From contig CAVPXI010000004.1 in assembly GCA_963709585.1 (NCBI GenBank), positions 288,001 to 352,000 on the forward strand: 64,000 nt of DNA, in the 5' to 3' direction. The notes under the pieces were generated by a model. The model saw nothing but the letters and a program-made list of their open reading frames with translations. It searched no databases and had not been told where the DNA came from. This document shows positions 23,928 to 33,481 of the stretch, one piece after another; positions within the stretch are counted from its first letter, which is position 1; each line of letters starts with the position of its first letter. The position numbers and the translations under genes are program-made. The DNA is from Candidatus Dormiibacterota bacterium. Lineage in GTDB: Bacteria > Chloroflexota > Dormibacteria > Aeolococcales > Aeolococcaceae.

Positions 23928-24260
23928 GCCCGGCCGCAGCGTTTTCGCGTGCCGGCGCGGGCCAAGTTGGCTCGTCGCGTATTCGGCTGACACGATGATC
24001 GTGACTCCGCGTGCTGCTGCAGGGTACGGGTTGACACTCCTGTAGGGGTACGCGCAGGGGTCCCGATCGCGCCGGATTTCTACTGATGGCGTCCGCCTTG
24101 CATGTCGCCGCCGGAACGCCAACGACACACCGAGGCACTCTTGCCTTGCGCGCTTCAGTGATCGCCGGTCGCAGTCGTGGCGGGGCCACCGGAGTGAGCG
24201 ATCACTTCTGCAAGTCTGGGGCTCGTCGACTTTCTGGCTGTGTAGCGATAGTGTGGCTGA

Positions 24261-24521
24261 GTGAGGCGCAACATCGCGATGGTGCTGGTGGCGGTAGCCG
24301 TGGGGGTGGGGATCTGGGTCGGTACTTGGGAGGCGCACTTTTGGGTCGTTAGCGGCGGCGAATGCCCTCCCGGCGGTATCCCCACGTATTGTGCGCCGCC
24401 GATTCGAGAACCCCAGTTCGCGTGGTGGCTGTGCGCGCTGCTGGGAGCCGGGGCAGCGGCCCTAATCGCCCTGATTGCCTTGGCCGTAGATCGCTGGCCT
24501 TCCGCGCCGGATTCAAACTGA
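24261..24521 (+). CDS. Small two-TM membrane protein
   Basis: 86 aa; two hydrophobic segments flanking a Cys-containing loop. Confidence 0.55.
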   Translation: MRRNIAMVLVAVAVGVGIWVGTWEAHFWVVSGGECPPGGIPTYCAPPIREPQFAWWLCALLGAGAAALIALIALAVDRWPSAPDSN

Positions 24522-24884
24522 CCCGCTACGAAAACGGTCCAGATCAACTTCTGCGACCGTTGCTGGACCCGCGCCTGCGGGCGGAATCGTTTCATACCCG
24601 AGATTGGGGCCTACGTTTGGTACTCCTAGACTTGCCCGGGTGTGCATGGCGGCAGCCGAAGCGCGGCCACTTGAACACTCGATCCCGCAACTGGCGGGGC
24701 GCCGCAATTTGCACGTCCGCTGCCTTTAGCGCATACGTGATTTGGTGGGCTGAGGAATTCCTACTTGGCCCTGCCACGCTGGATTTGCGGCGCATTTGGT
24801 CTCAGTCCTTGAGGACTTGCAAAGGGATCAAACCGGCCCGGCGGAAAGCTCGCGGGCTGCCGGTGGCACAGTTAGCCCACACGC

Positions 24885-25310
24885 TGAGGCCCCCGGGGTT
24901 TCGTAGACACTCGCCCCGTATCGATCGCGCTCGGCGTCGATGTCGGTGGTCATCGGGGTCCTCGACCGCCGAGCTCGGTTCCGAAGAAACTGAGCCCCTT
25001 GAGAATCTCGTTGGCCCCGCGCAGCTCACGGTTCTCACGCTCCAGCTGCTTCAAGCGCTCGCGCCACTCGTGGTCAGGCCGAACTCGCTGCCCGGAGTCA
25101 ACCTCGGCTCGCTTCACCGACTCATGCAGCATCACCGGATGCATGCCGAACCTGCCCGCGATCGAACTGCGTCGCCTGCCACTCCGAATGTACTCGCGGC
25201 TGTGCTCCTTGACCATCCGCGCTGCCCGCTCCCTCAGCTACTAGGGATACCTTCTTGACCATTCCTTGCTCCGTCCACCGTGAGGGCTCCAGGATTCCCC
25301 GGGAGGTTCA
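24885..25310 (-). mobile_element. Degenerate IS3-family (IS6110/IS51-like) remnant, orfA only
   Basis: Ends TGAGGCCCCCGGGGTTTC and CCCCGGGAGGTTCA; OrfA-like ERLKQLERENRELRGANEILK with stops; no DDE orfB. Confidence 0.75.
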
Positions 25311-25412
25311 TTCACCCCGCGGGGCGCGCCTGGGAACATCGCGTAGTCGTCTGCGTGATATAGGCATGACACTGGTCGATTTTCATCGCGAAGACGTGCT
25401 AAGGTCCCGGCT

Positions 25413-26252
25413 GTGGGCGAAGGTCGGGGTTCGCGAACGAGCGGCAGCATCCATCTCGTTCGCAGTCGACGTATCGGAGTCGTGGCGATAGTGGTGACGC
25501 TCGTCGTGGTGTTAGTCGAACCCATCTCAAGGGTTGCTTGGCGTCCGGCGGTGGCGATGGGTGCAACCCAGGGCTTCCGAGTAACCAGGCGAACCGTCAC
25601 GACGGTGAGAGCCGTTATCTCGGCGCAGGGGTGCCCGACGGTGTCATGGCGGTCGAGAAGAACTATTCGCCGTGGGTGGATCCGTCTCAGCCGATCGCTG
25701 ACGCCTCAGGTTGGGTAATGCTCGTCGACAACACCGGCAAATTGTATTCCCAATTTGGGTGGATTGAATTTGCCGGTGGCGTCAGGCACCTGTTCTCTGA
25801 GGTAGGTAACGCTACCAATCCTCTCGGCCATGACTTTAACCGTCAGTTTTACTACCCAACGCCGGCTATAAACTCGCAAACCACAGTTGAGGTTTCATAC
25901 CAGCCGAATAACTCGTACAAGTATGACTACTATGCCAATGGGGCACGCGTTGGCGGGGACAACGATTCATATTCCCAATTTGTCCCAGCTCAAGCTCAAA
26001 TCTCCGGCGAAATATGGTCTGACGATACTCAGATGCCAGGTGGGTATGCGGTCGACAATTCGACGTATCAATCGTGGACAGGTGAGCGCGTTTGGTATCC
26101 CGGAGACTCCTGGAGGGAACTGGCACTACTTCAATGAAAACTTCGATACCGCTGTCGTTCGCGACGACAACACTACTTTCTACGGTTATTCGAACTATCC
26201 GAATGCCTACCTTGACTCGCAATACATATGGGATTGGGGATGTCCCTACTGA
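25413..26252 (+). CDS. Secreted neprosin-like (glutamic peptidase-like) protein with apparent frameshifts near 25535 and 26100
   Basis: Signal-like RSRRIGVVAIVVTLVVV, then CNPG...SQFGWIE...ISGEIWS..QMPGG, then WHYF...WDWGCPY in successive frames; low GC. Confidence 0.5.
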
Positions 26253-26770
26253 CTCGGACTCGGGCTGCGGCAGTTCTAGGCTTGACCCTCATCACCGCGA
26301 TGAGCCTTACCTCTTGCCGAGCACTCGACGGCGCCTCAGCCACCTCTGTTGCTACACCTACCGTCCAGGCTTCGCCTCCGCCCATCCCGGTTGCCGTACT
26401 CGCGGCTAACGGTATTGTCGTAACCCCCGCACCGCCCGGCACGCAGGCGGCGGTGCCTGAGGATGACGCTGAGAAACTCGCCGTCCAGCAGTTCGCGCCC
26501 GGCAGCGTTGTCCTGATTGCGGCCCTGATGAACGTCACTAGAGACGGCACGCCCCGTGGTATCTGTTGGGTCGTGTCGATCAATCCCTTAGGCGACGTAG
26601 GGTCGAATCCTGTCCCGAATGGAGCGGAAACTACGACGGTTCCCCCTAGCTTCGCGAACTTCGCGATCGTTGCCATTGACGCGACCACCGGGGCAATCGT
26701 CCTTGCTGACACCGGGCGCGATTCGAGCCTTCCAGACTTGCCGACCCTGGTGCCGGCAGCGGCTCCCTAA
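26240..26770 (+). CDS. Lipoprotein with PepSY-like domain
   Basis: Lipobox LTSC; A...A helix, CWVV, IDATTGAIV pattern. Confidence 0.65.
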   Translation: MSLLTRTRAAAVLGLTLITAMSLTSCRALDGASATSVATPTVQASPPPIPVAVLAANGIVVTPAPPGTQAAVPEDDAEKLAVQQFAPGSVVLIAALMNVTRDGTPRGICWVVSINPLGDVGSNPVPNGAETTTVPPSFANFAIVAIDATTGAIVLADTGRDSSLPDLPTLVPAAAP

Positions 26771-27195
26771 CGAGAAGTCGCGCCCAGGCAGGATCGAGTG
26801 CCAGGTCGGGCATCCGGCTGGGCGCCACCGGTTGACGGACCTGAAAGCGGCCGCATTGCGGTCCAATGGGCTGCCAATCGGGGAGGAGGTGTGTCGAACT
26901 GTTCGGGCTTCGCGGCGGACAATCCGTCCCTCGCGCCGGTCTGTTGGCTGCACCGCCCGGGGACGCATAACACGAAGCGTAAGGCTCGACGCTAACTGGC
27001 CTCGAGGCGAGCGCATCACGCTCGCACCACACCGACGCGGTGGCCAAAGAACTCAACGAGCGCCCTCGACAAACCCTCGGCTGGGTGACACCCTTGCAGA
27101 CGCTCGCCGAGATTGTCGCAGCGACCGGCTGAAATCCAAGCGCGAACGCTTCGATCTAGGGGTCTTTGCTCAGCGTTGGATGTTTAGGCGAGTCC

Positions 27196-28870
27196 CTACC
27201 ACGGCTCCAGCTCCGGTGACATGCCCTGTTCGCGCTCGAACTCCAGTTGCGCTGCTTCCAGCTGCGCATCGATCTCGGGGGTGAGCCAACCGGCGACGGT
27301 CATCCCCTCGAGGTGGTTGTGCGGCCCGCCGCCGGCGTCCTCTGCGTCGATGCGGTCCAGCGCGCGGGCCACCATTTCGTGCGCGGCGTCGTCGGACATG
27401 CCCATCTCACACAACCAGCCTTCCACCTGGTCGTAGGCGCGCTGAGCCACTAGGCGGTCAATCTCCTCCCCGGCCTCCACCCCGGTCGCCTCCTGGGCCA
27501 GCTCGGGTCCGCCGAGCATCTCGACCAGGGCGCGCTGCCGATCGGTGGCCAGCGCGTCGAGGCCGCTCCGCTGGGGCGTCTCGTAGCGCTCCGGGTAGTC
27601 GAGCGCCGACTCCTTCAACTCGCTTCGGGTCCATGCCTGCACGGTGCGCTCCTCGGCAGATCGGTTTGTTTCCTTCCAGTGCTCAACGCCGAGGGTGTCC
27701 CGCTCGGGCGGGGTGAACACCTCGTAGTAGTGGGTGGCGAGAGTGGCGCGCGACATCGCGGTGTACGCCCATTCCCGGGAGGCGCCCTCGGATCCCACCA
27801 CCAGGGCGATGTCGGCGGTCATCCCCTGTGCCTTGTGCACGGTCAGCGCGTAGCCGCGGTCGATGGCGTCGTAGTGCGTGGTGTCGAGGGTCAGCTGACG
27901 CTTGTCGGGACGCTCCAGGGTCAGCGTGTGACGCTCGACATCGATCGCCGTGACCACGCCACGGGTGCCGTTGCTGACCGCGCCACTGCGCTCGTTGGCG
28001 AGGCAGATGACCCGGTCGCCAACCTGGTACTCCTTGTCACCGACCGTGAGCGCCGGGCCGTGGACTCTTCCCTCGGCCACCGACCGGGCGTGGGCCAGCT
28101 CGTTGAGCGCGGCCACCTCATCCCGGCGCAGGGCGAGGATGACCGTGTTGAGGCCCCCGGCCTCGAGCCGGGCGTGATCCTCGATCACGTCGACCCGGCG
28201 CTCGGCCACCGAGTGGGCGTCGTGGATGCGCCCGTAGCGCATATACTCGCGGTAGGCCGTACGAGCCTCGCCGTCGCGGAGCAGCTGCAGGGTCGCCCGC
28301 TCCCAGCCGCTGCACCCAGGTGGGGACGGTGATGTGCGTGTGCAGCTGCGGATCGACGGTGACCGCACCTGTGGTGGGATCGGTGACCGGGCGGGCCGTG
28401 CGATGCACGAACTCGGGCATGACCAACTTTGCGCGCACCGCCTCGGTGGTCTTGGTGTCCGGGTTGTACTGGCGCGCCCAGCCGGCGCTGGCCTGGAGAT
28501 ACTCGGCGGCGGCCTGGACTCCCTCGCCGTGGATGCGCAGGATGGTCGACCTGGTGCGCTCGTCACCGAGCGCGTAGAGGATGCTCATGTCCTTGGGTGC
28601 GGATACGGTCACGTCGAAGGCGACGACCGTCTGCCTTCGCCAGTGCTTGCCGAGCTCCTCGCCCGTGCGCGGATATGTGCCGCTGAGTATCGCGGCGAAG
28701 TCGGTGTCGATCACCTCGCCGCGCAGACCCAACACTTCAGCGCCGGGTCCAGCCCAGCGTCCCGGCAACTCACCGCGGGCGGTGTAGTACTCGAGCTGCT
28801 GCTGCGCAACCGCCTCGCGCAGGTACCGCACCGCCTGCTCGACGCTGGTGAGCTTGCCGATGGAGATCAT
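27196..28870 (-). pseudogene. MOBF (TrwC) relaxase-helicase with internal deletion
   Basis: N-terminal EYY, FDVTVSAPK, HRTAR, DPQLHTH; abrupt out-of-frame junction at ~28305 to the C-terminal helicase part (GYALTVHKAQG, YTAMSR); Walker A region missing. Confidence 0.85.
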
Positions 28871-29197
28871 CGCGGAGACCCGTCCTGCACAGGCCTCAGC
28901 GTACGGAGAAAGCGCCTACAGAGCGCTTACTTTTTCGGAACGTTTGATCTGGAAGAAATCAGCGATGCAACTGTGTGCGTGTCAGGGTCGGCGATGCGTG
29001 TGCGCGAGGCAATGATGGCGGTGAGGGACGGACGCGTGAAGCAGGCGTGCGTCTGTCGAAGGTGAGAGGAGATGGCCGGCGGGCGGAGGACCGAAAGGTG
29101 AGCCGAGGGAGCCGCGGGTGCGAGCAGCGAGGACCGAATGCGCGCAGCGACCGACACGGGCGCTGACCCTGAGGGGGAGTTCACAGCACGAGCGGAC

Positions 29198-29344
29198 GCG
29201 ACGTTCGCGAATAGCGCGACGTTCGCGAATAGCGCGGTGCGCGCGAACCTCGCGAAGTGCGCTGGACGCGCGACGTCTGCCGAAAGCGCGATGTGCGCGG
29301 GAATCGCGATGTGCGCGGGAATCGCGCGATCCGCTCCATTCGCA
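29198..29344 (+). repeat. Degenerate 9/18-bp tandem repeat array
   Basis: GCGACGTTCGCGAATAGC x2 (29198-29233) and GCGATGTGCGCGGGAATC x2 (29288-29323), with a GCN triplet every 9 bp. Confidence 0.75.
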
Positions 29345-29789
29345 TGACACGTGGAAGGCGCGAATGCCGCTAAGCAGCTTTCACCATAGGAAGCGTGTCA
29401 ACGTAGTGCGTACGCTCCCGGGGCGGATGCGTCCTGAGCTGTCTGTCGCCCACGTCCTGGACCCGCGGTGTCAAGTATCTGCCGGACTTTCACATGCCAA
29501 GGCTTGCTGGAAAAGTGTAGGCGCTACGTAAGCAAATACATGGCATGCTCGTGCCATGGCTATCGCCGACGTGTCGCCGGGTACCGGCAATGTGCGCGGG
29601 AAGCCTCGCGCGCATCAGACGAAACTTCCTTGGGGTGCCGATGAGCTGGTGTCGCCTCAAGGAACACCCGGGATCCATGCCGACCGGGACCCACGACGCC
29701 GACGAGCAACGCCCACCGCACCAGCGCCCTTGCTCGAGTCGGCCGCGCCGACACCTGTTGAGATTCCGCCTGGATCGACGCGCACTCCG

Positions 29790-29951
29790 ATGCTGCTCAC
29801 CGTTCGCGACGTGGAAGCTGAACTGCAACTCGGTCGCACGCGAACCTACGAACTCTTACGCTCAGGCTCCATCCCCGTTATCCGCGTCGGTCGCGCGCTC
29901 CGCGTGCCGCGCGATGCGCTGCGCCACTGGGTCGATGAGCAGACCGCGTGA
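29790..29951 (+). CDS. Excisionase / HTH_17 DNA-binding protein (start may lie upstream, up to 29556)
   Basis: LLTVRDVEAELQLGRTRTYELLRSGSIPVIRVGRALRVPRDAL. Confidence 0.85.
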   Translation: MLLTVRDVEAELQLGRTRTYELLRSGSIPVIRVGRALRVPRDALRHWVDEQTA

Positions 29952-29971
29952 CCATTGCGGAGCGAGCGGCG

Positions 29972-30223
29972 TCAGCTCGCCCGCTGTACCGGTCGCACCA
30001 TGGTGTGGAGTCCTTCCGGATCGAGGTCCGCACCGTTGGGCCACATCAGTGTGCCCAGCTCCGGATCCACGCGGACGCGGTCGAACTGAATCGGGTCTCG
30101 GAGCGGCTCGAACATCTCACCCCACAGCTCGGCAGCCAGGTCGATGTCACCGACAACCCCGTCGCTGAACGTGAGCCGGAGCCGGTACTCACCGAGGCGC
30201 TCTACGCGTGTGACCTTGACCAT
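29972..30223 (-). CDS. DUF2442 protein (putative antitoxin)
   Basis: V..V...YRLRLTFSDG...F..V...GTL.WPNGADLDPE. Confidence 0.88.
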   Translation of the reverse strand: MVKVTRVERLGEYRLRLTFSDGVVGDIDLAAELWGEMFEPLRDPIQFDRVRVDPELGTLMWPNGADLDPEGLHTMVRPVQRAS

Positions 30224-30232
30224 TCCCCAATC

Positions 30233-30502
30233 CTATGCGAGCGGCTCGATGGATGCCAGCGCCGTGCGTTCGATCACACGTTGCCAGTTGTCTCGCAGCT
30301 CCTGCTCGTGCAGGGCCGCCCATTCCATGACATGCCCAAGCGCCCGAGCAGGCAGCGAACCGTCGAGCACCACCAGCGGCTCTATCCCGATCGAGGCCTC
30401 ATGCTCCCCGTAGGTCGCGTGAAAGTGGGCCGCATGGTGTTGCCCGCCGGTCTCCCAGTACATGGTGATGACGATGCCGTAGAAGGCGCTGATCCGCGGC
30501 AT
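30233..30502 (-). CDS. DUF4160 protein (putative toxin)
   Basis: MPRISAFYGIVITMY...H...HFHA.YG...W...H..EL..NW. Confidence 0.9.
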   Translation of the reverse strand: MPRISAFYGIVITMYWETGGQHHAAHFHATYGEHEASIGIEPLVVLDGSLPARALGHVMEWAALHEQELRDNWQRVIERTALASIEPLA

Positions 30503-30503
30503 G

Positions 30504-31670
30504 TCAACCCGTGGTGATCAGTCGGGTGAGGCGGTCGGCCGCGTCGTCGTGCAACTCCTGGAGAACGTCGGCGTACGTGTCCGCCGTGATGCCGATCGTG
30601 GAGTGTCCGAGCACAGTGCTGACCACCTTCAACTCCGTCCCGCTCGCCAGCATCAGGGTCGCGGCGGCGTGGCGCAAATCGTGGAAGCGACGCACGGTCA
30701 GGCCGGCTCTGCGAAGGCCTGTCTTGAACCGATGGGTCATCCCGGTTGGCTCCACCGGATGACCGGTGGGGCGCGTGAACACCAGCCCGGCGATCGGCTC
30801 GTGCCAGGCGGATCCGATGTGGAGGCGAGCCTCGCGCTGCCGCTGTCGCTGGACTGCGAGCAGCTCGACCAGCGGATCGGGAATCCGCAACGTCCGCCGA
30901 GACCGCTTCGTCTTTGGCTCGAGGATCTTGAAGAGCACCTCCGGGTCGGATCGCTGGTCACGAGGGATGCGGTGCAGTGCGCCAGTGACTCGCAGCACCT
31001 TGCGCTCCAGGTCGACATCGTCCCAGCGCAGTCCGAGGATCTCGCCCTGACGCATGCCGAGATACAGGGCCGTGCCCACGACCGCCTCGAGCTCGGTACC
31101 GCGAAAGGCGTCGAGGATCGCACGCGCTTCCTCGGGTCGAACCGACGCCGCCCGGGTCGCGGACACCTCGAGCGGCTCGGCGAGAGCTGCGGCGTTGCGA
31201 GCCACCGTGCCCCATCGCTGCGCGTCAGCCAGGGCCGAGCGAAGGACCGCGCGGGCATGGTTGACGGTTCGCGGTGCCAGGCCGCCGGCGACCGCCTGCC
31301 GCATGGCGATGTTCACCTGCTGCGGGGTCAGCTGCGCCAGCTTGACCCTCCCCAAGAGAGGAATCAGCTGGTACTTGATGAGGCTACGGTACCGCCGCAT
31401 GGTGGTCGGGCGGATGTTCGTTTGCCCCTCGATCCAGGTGCCGAGAAAGTCACCCACCGTCTGCCGGTCGGAGGCGGGTGCCACTCCGAGAGCGAGCCCG
31501 CGGATTGCCGCATTCATCTTCGCGATCGCATCGGCGCGGCTCTTGCCATACAGGCTGCGCCGGACCTGGCGACCTCTCGCATCAAAGCCGACCGTGACGC
31601 GCGCCTCCCACTGGCCCGGGCGTCGCTCCCGGATCGTCCCTTCGCCAAGGCCTCGGCGCCTGCTCGTCAC
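30504..31670 (-). CDS. Tyrosine recombinase/integrase
   Basis: GEGTI N-terminal arm, GMRQGEILGLRW, FHDLRH, LGHS, TY; GTG start with GGAGG RBS. Confidence 0.95.
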   Translation of the reverse strand: MTSRRRGLGEGTIRERRPGQWEARVTVGFDARGRQVRRSLYGKSRADAIAKMNAAIRGLALGVAPASDRQTVGDFLGTWIEGQTNIRPTTMRRYRSLIKYQLIPLLGRVKLAQLTPQQVNIAMRQAVAGGLAPRTVNHARAVLRSALADAQRWGTVARNAAALAEPLEVSATRAASVRPEEARAILDAFRGTELEAVVGTALYLGMRQGEILGLRWDDVDLERKVLRVTGALHRIPRDQRSDPEVLFKILEPKTKRSRRTLRIPDPLVELLAVQRQRQREARLHIGSAWHEPIAGLVFTRPTGHPVEPTGMTHRFKTGLRRAGLTVRRFHDLRHAAATLMLASGTELKVVSTVLGHSTIGITADTYADVLQELHDDAADRLTRLITTG

Positions 31671-31782
31671 CCTGTCCTCCCTGAATCTGTAGGGGTACTG
31701 TAGGGGTATTAGCGTCCTGGCGTCAACGGGATGGGTGGCTTCCGGGGCCGGCAACGGCAGCGATTTGAATTCAAAACCGGCC

Positions 31783-31865
31783 TGCCGGGAGAGGGAGTCG
31801 AACCCTCACGAGGTTGCCCTCGGCGGTTTTTGAGACCGCTGCGTCTACCATTCCGCCACCCCGGC
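31783..31865 (-). tRNA. tRNA-Leu(CAA)
   Basis: GCCGGGGTGGCGGAATGGTAGACGCAGCGGTCTCAAAAACCGCC...GGTTCGACTCCCTCTCCCGGCA; long variable arm. Confidence 0.96.
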
Positions 31866-31929
31866 CGAATGGACAGCGTACCGGCTCCGCCGGGAACCGG
31901 AGCGCCTGCCGGCGCGTACTCTCAAGTGC

Positions 31930-32504
31930 ATGGACGACGAGGCGCTCCTCGAGCGGGCACGCCGCGGCGACCGCGATGCGTTTGCAGCAATTGTCACTCG
32001 TCACCAGGATGAGCTCTACACGATGGCACTCCGGATTCTCGGGTCCCCGGCCGACGCGGCAGACGTTGTTCAGGAGACCTTTCTTCGCGCGTACGTCAGG
32101 ATCCCGGTGCTTCGCGGGCAGACAATCCGGGCCTGGCTGTTTCGGGTCGCCATCAACTGCAGCCACGACGTCCAGCGCCGGACTGTCCGCGGCCCGCTGA
32201 TCCGCTCGAGGACGCGCAGGGCAACATCGTCGAGCTGCCCGACCCGGCACTCGGACCGGAGGCCAGTGCGCTCGCGCGAGAACGCCTTGCCGCAATCCGC
32301 GGGGCGCTGCTCACCCTTCATCCCGACTTTCGAGCCGTGGTCGTTCTCAGAGACGTCAACGAACTGAGCTACGAGGAGATGTCCGCAGCCCTTCGCGTCC
32401 CGATCGGCACCGTCAAGTCGCGGCTCAATCGCGCCCGCTCGATGCTCGCCAAAGCCCTGCGCGGGACAGCCGCCGCCCCCGGCTTCGCCGAGGAGAACGC
32501 ATGA
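31930..32504 (+). CDS. ECF RNA polymerase sigma factor, frameshifted near 32190
   Basis: Region 2 DVVQETFLRAY, WLFRVAIN; region 4 LSYEEM...GTVKSRLNRAR in another frame, ending in an ATGA overlap. Confidence 0.88.
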
Positions 32505-33430
32505 GCCCGCGCCGCCATCTCGACGACCTCTTCTCCGCCGCCTACGAGGACGAGCTCTCGCCGATCGACGAGGCGCGCTTCCGGGCGCACATGCAGTCGT
32601 GCGCGCCCTGCGCGGCAGCATATGCGGAGTTCAGAGCGACCATCGAAGCTCTCCACGAGATGCCCCGGGCGCGCATGCCCCACGTCGTCCATCTCCCTTC
32701 GACACCCCCTGTCGCGGAACGTGTGTCACGGCCTCGCATCGGGCTGAGCTGGTTCAACCTCGGCCTGGTCCGTCGCTTCCCGGCGACGGCGATCGCCGGC
32801 GCAGCTGCCGTGGTCCTGGTCGTCTTCGCGCTCACGCACAACGGCGTCAGCCCTCAAAACAGCACCGCCGGCAGGTCGGCGTCGTCCGTGCCGGCAGCGG
32901 CGCCGGCTGACGGGTCCGTTGCCGCGTGCACCTCGATCGCCGACATCACCGCTGCCGCGCTGCCATCCAGCTTCACCCAGGAGGCTCTGGCGACCGATCC
33001 GGCGCAGCCGGCACTGCATCTGGTGCTCGCCGCACCGACACTCGTCGTCGTCCCGGGCCGGCAGGCGGTCGTCTACGCGCAGCTGTCGGTGCCGGTCGCG
33101 GCGATCTCTGGCCCGGGTGCCGCGGCCACGCCGCCGACGGCCCGAGCGTTGCTGCCCTGCGTGTCGATTGGGGTCGGCAGCACGGGCGAACGCCTCGCCG
33201 CGAGCGCGGCCGGCATCGCGTCGCTCGACGTCCCTCGGGCCCCAGGCGCGACCCCATCCGCCGGCCTGGGCTTCCAGATCGGTGCAGGAGTTGGCCCGCT
33301 GCTCACCTTCCAGGTCCCCGCCGGTCTCGCCCCCGGGACCGAGATTCATGTCACCGCAACCATCCCCGCCGGCGATGTCAGCGCTGGCAGCCCGCCGCTC
33401 GCAGCGGAATTGACCCTCACGACTCGCTGA
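32501..33430 (+). CDS. Zinc-binding anti-sigma factor
   Basis: HMQSCAPC (HxxxCxxC), one TM helix, extracytoplasmic domain; coupled to the sigma gene. Confidence 0.85.
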   Translation: MSPRRHLDDLFSAAYEDELSPIDEARFRAHMQSCAPCAAAYAEFRATIEALHEMPRARMPHVVHLPSTPPVAERVSRPRIGLSWFNLGLVRRFPATAIAGAAAVVLVVFALTHNGVSPQNSTAGRSASSVPAAAPADGSVAACTSIADITAAALPSSFTQEALATDPAQPALHLVLAAPTLVVVPGRQAVVYAQLSVPVAAISGPGAAATPPTARALLPCVSIGVGSTGERLAASAAGIASLDVPRAPGATPSAGLGFQIGAGVGPLLTFQVPAGLAPGTEIHVTATIPAGDVSAGSPPLAAELTLTTR

Positions 33431-33481
33431 CCACCGCGTCCGCGCAGTCTATGGCGCAGGTCCTTGACTAGACTGGGGGCA

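Larger units (their letters stand above)
23873..31835. mobile_element. Integrative mobilizable element in tRNA-Leu(CAA), ~7.9 kb
   Basis: Direct repeat of the tRNA 3' end at both ends; tyrosine integrase next to the tRNA; excisionase; MOBF relaxase; lower-GC cargo. Confidence 0.9.

Noticed and set aside
29198-29344. CRISPR array
   Set aside because: Repeats are contiguous 9/18-mers without unique spacers, and there are no cas genes in the window
32180-32200. Sigma-factor frameshift as another GASTC error
   Set aside because: It is a missing base in CCGCGGCCC, a different context
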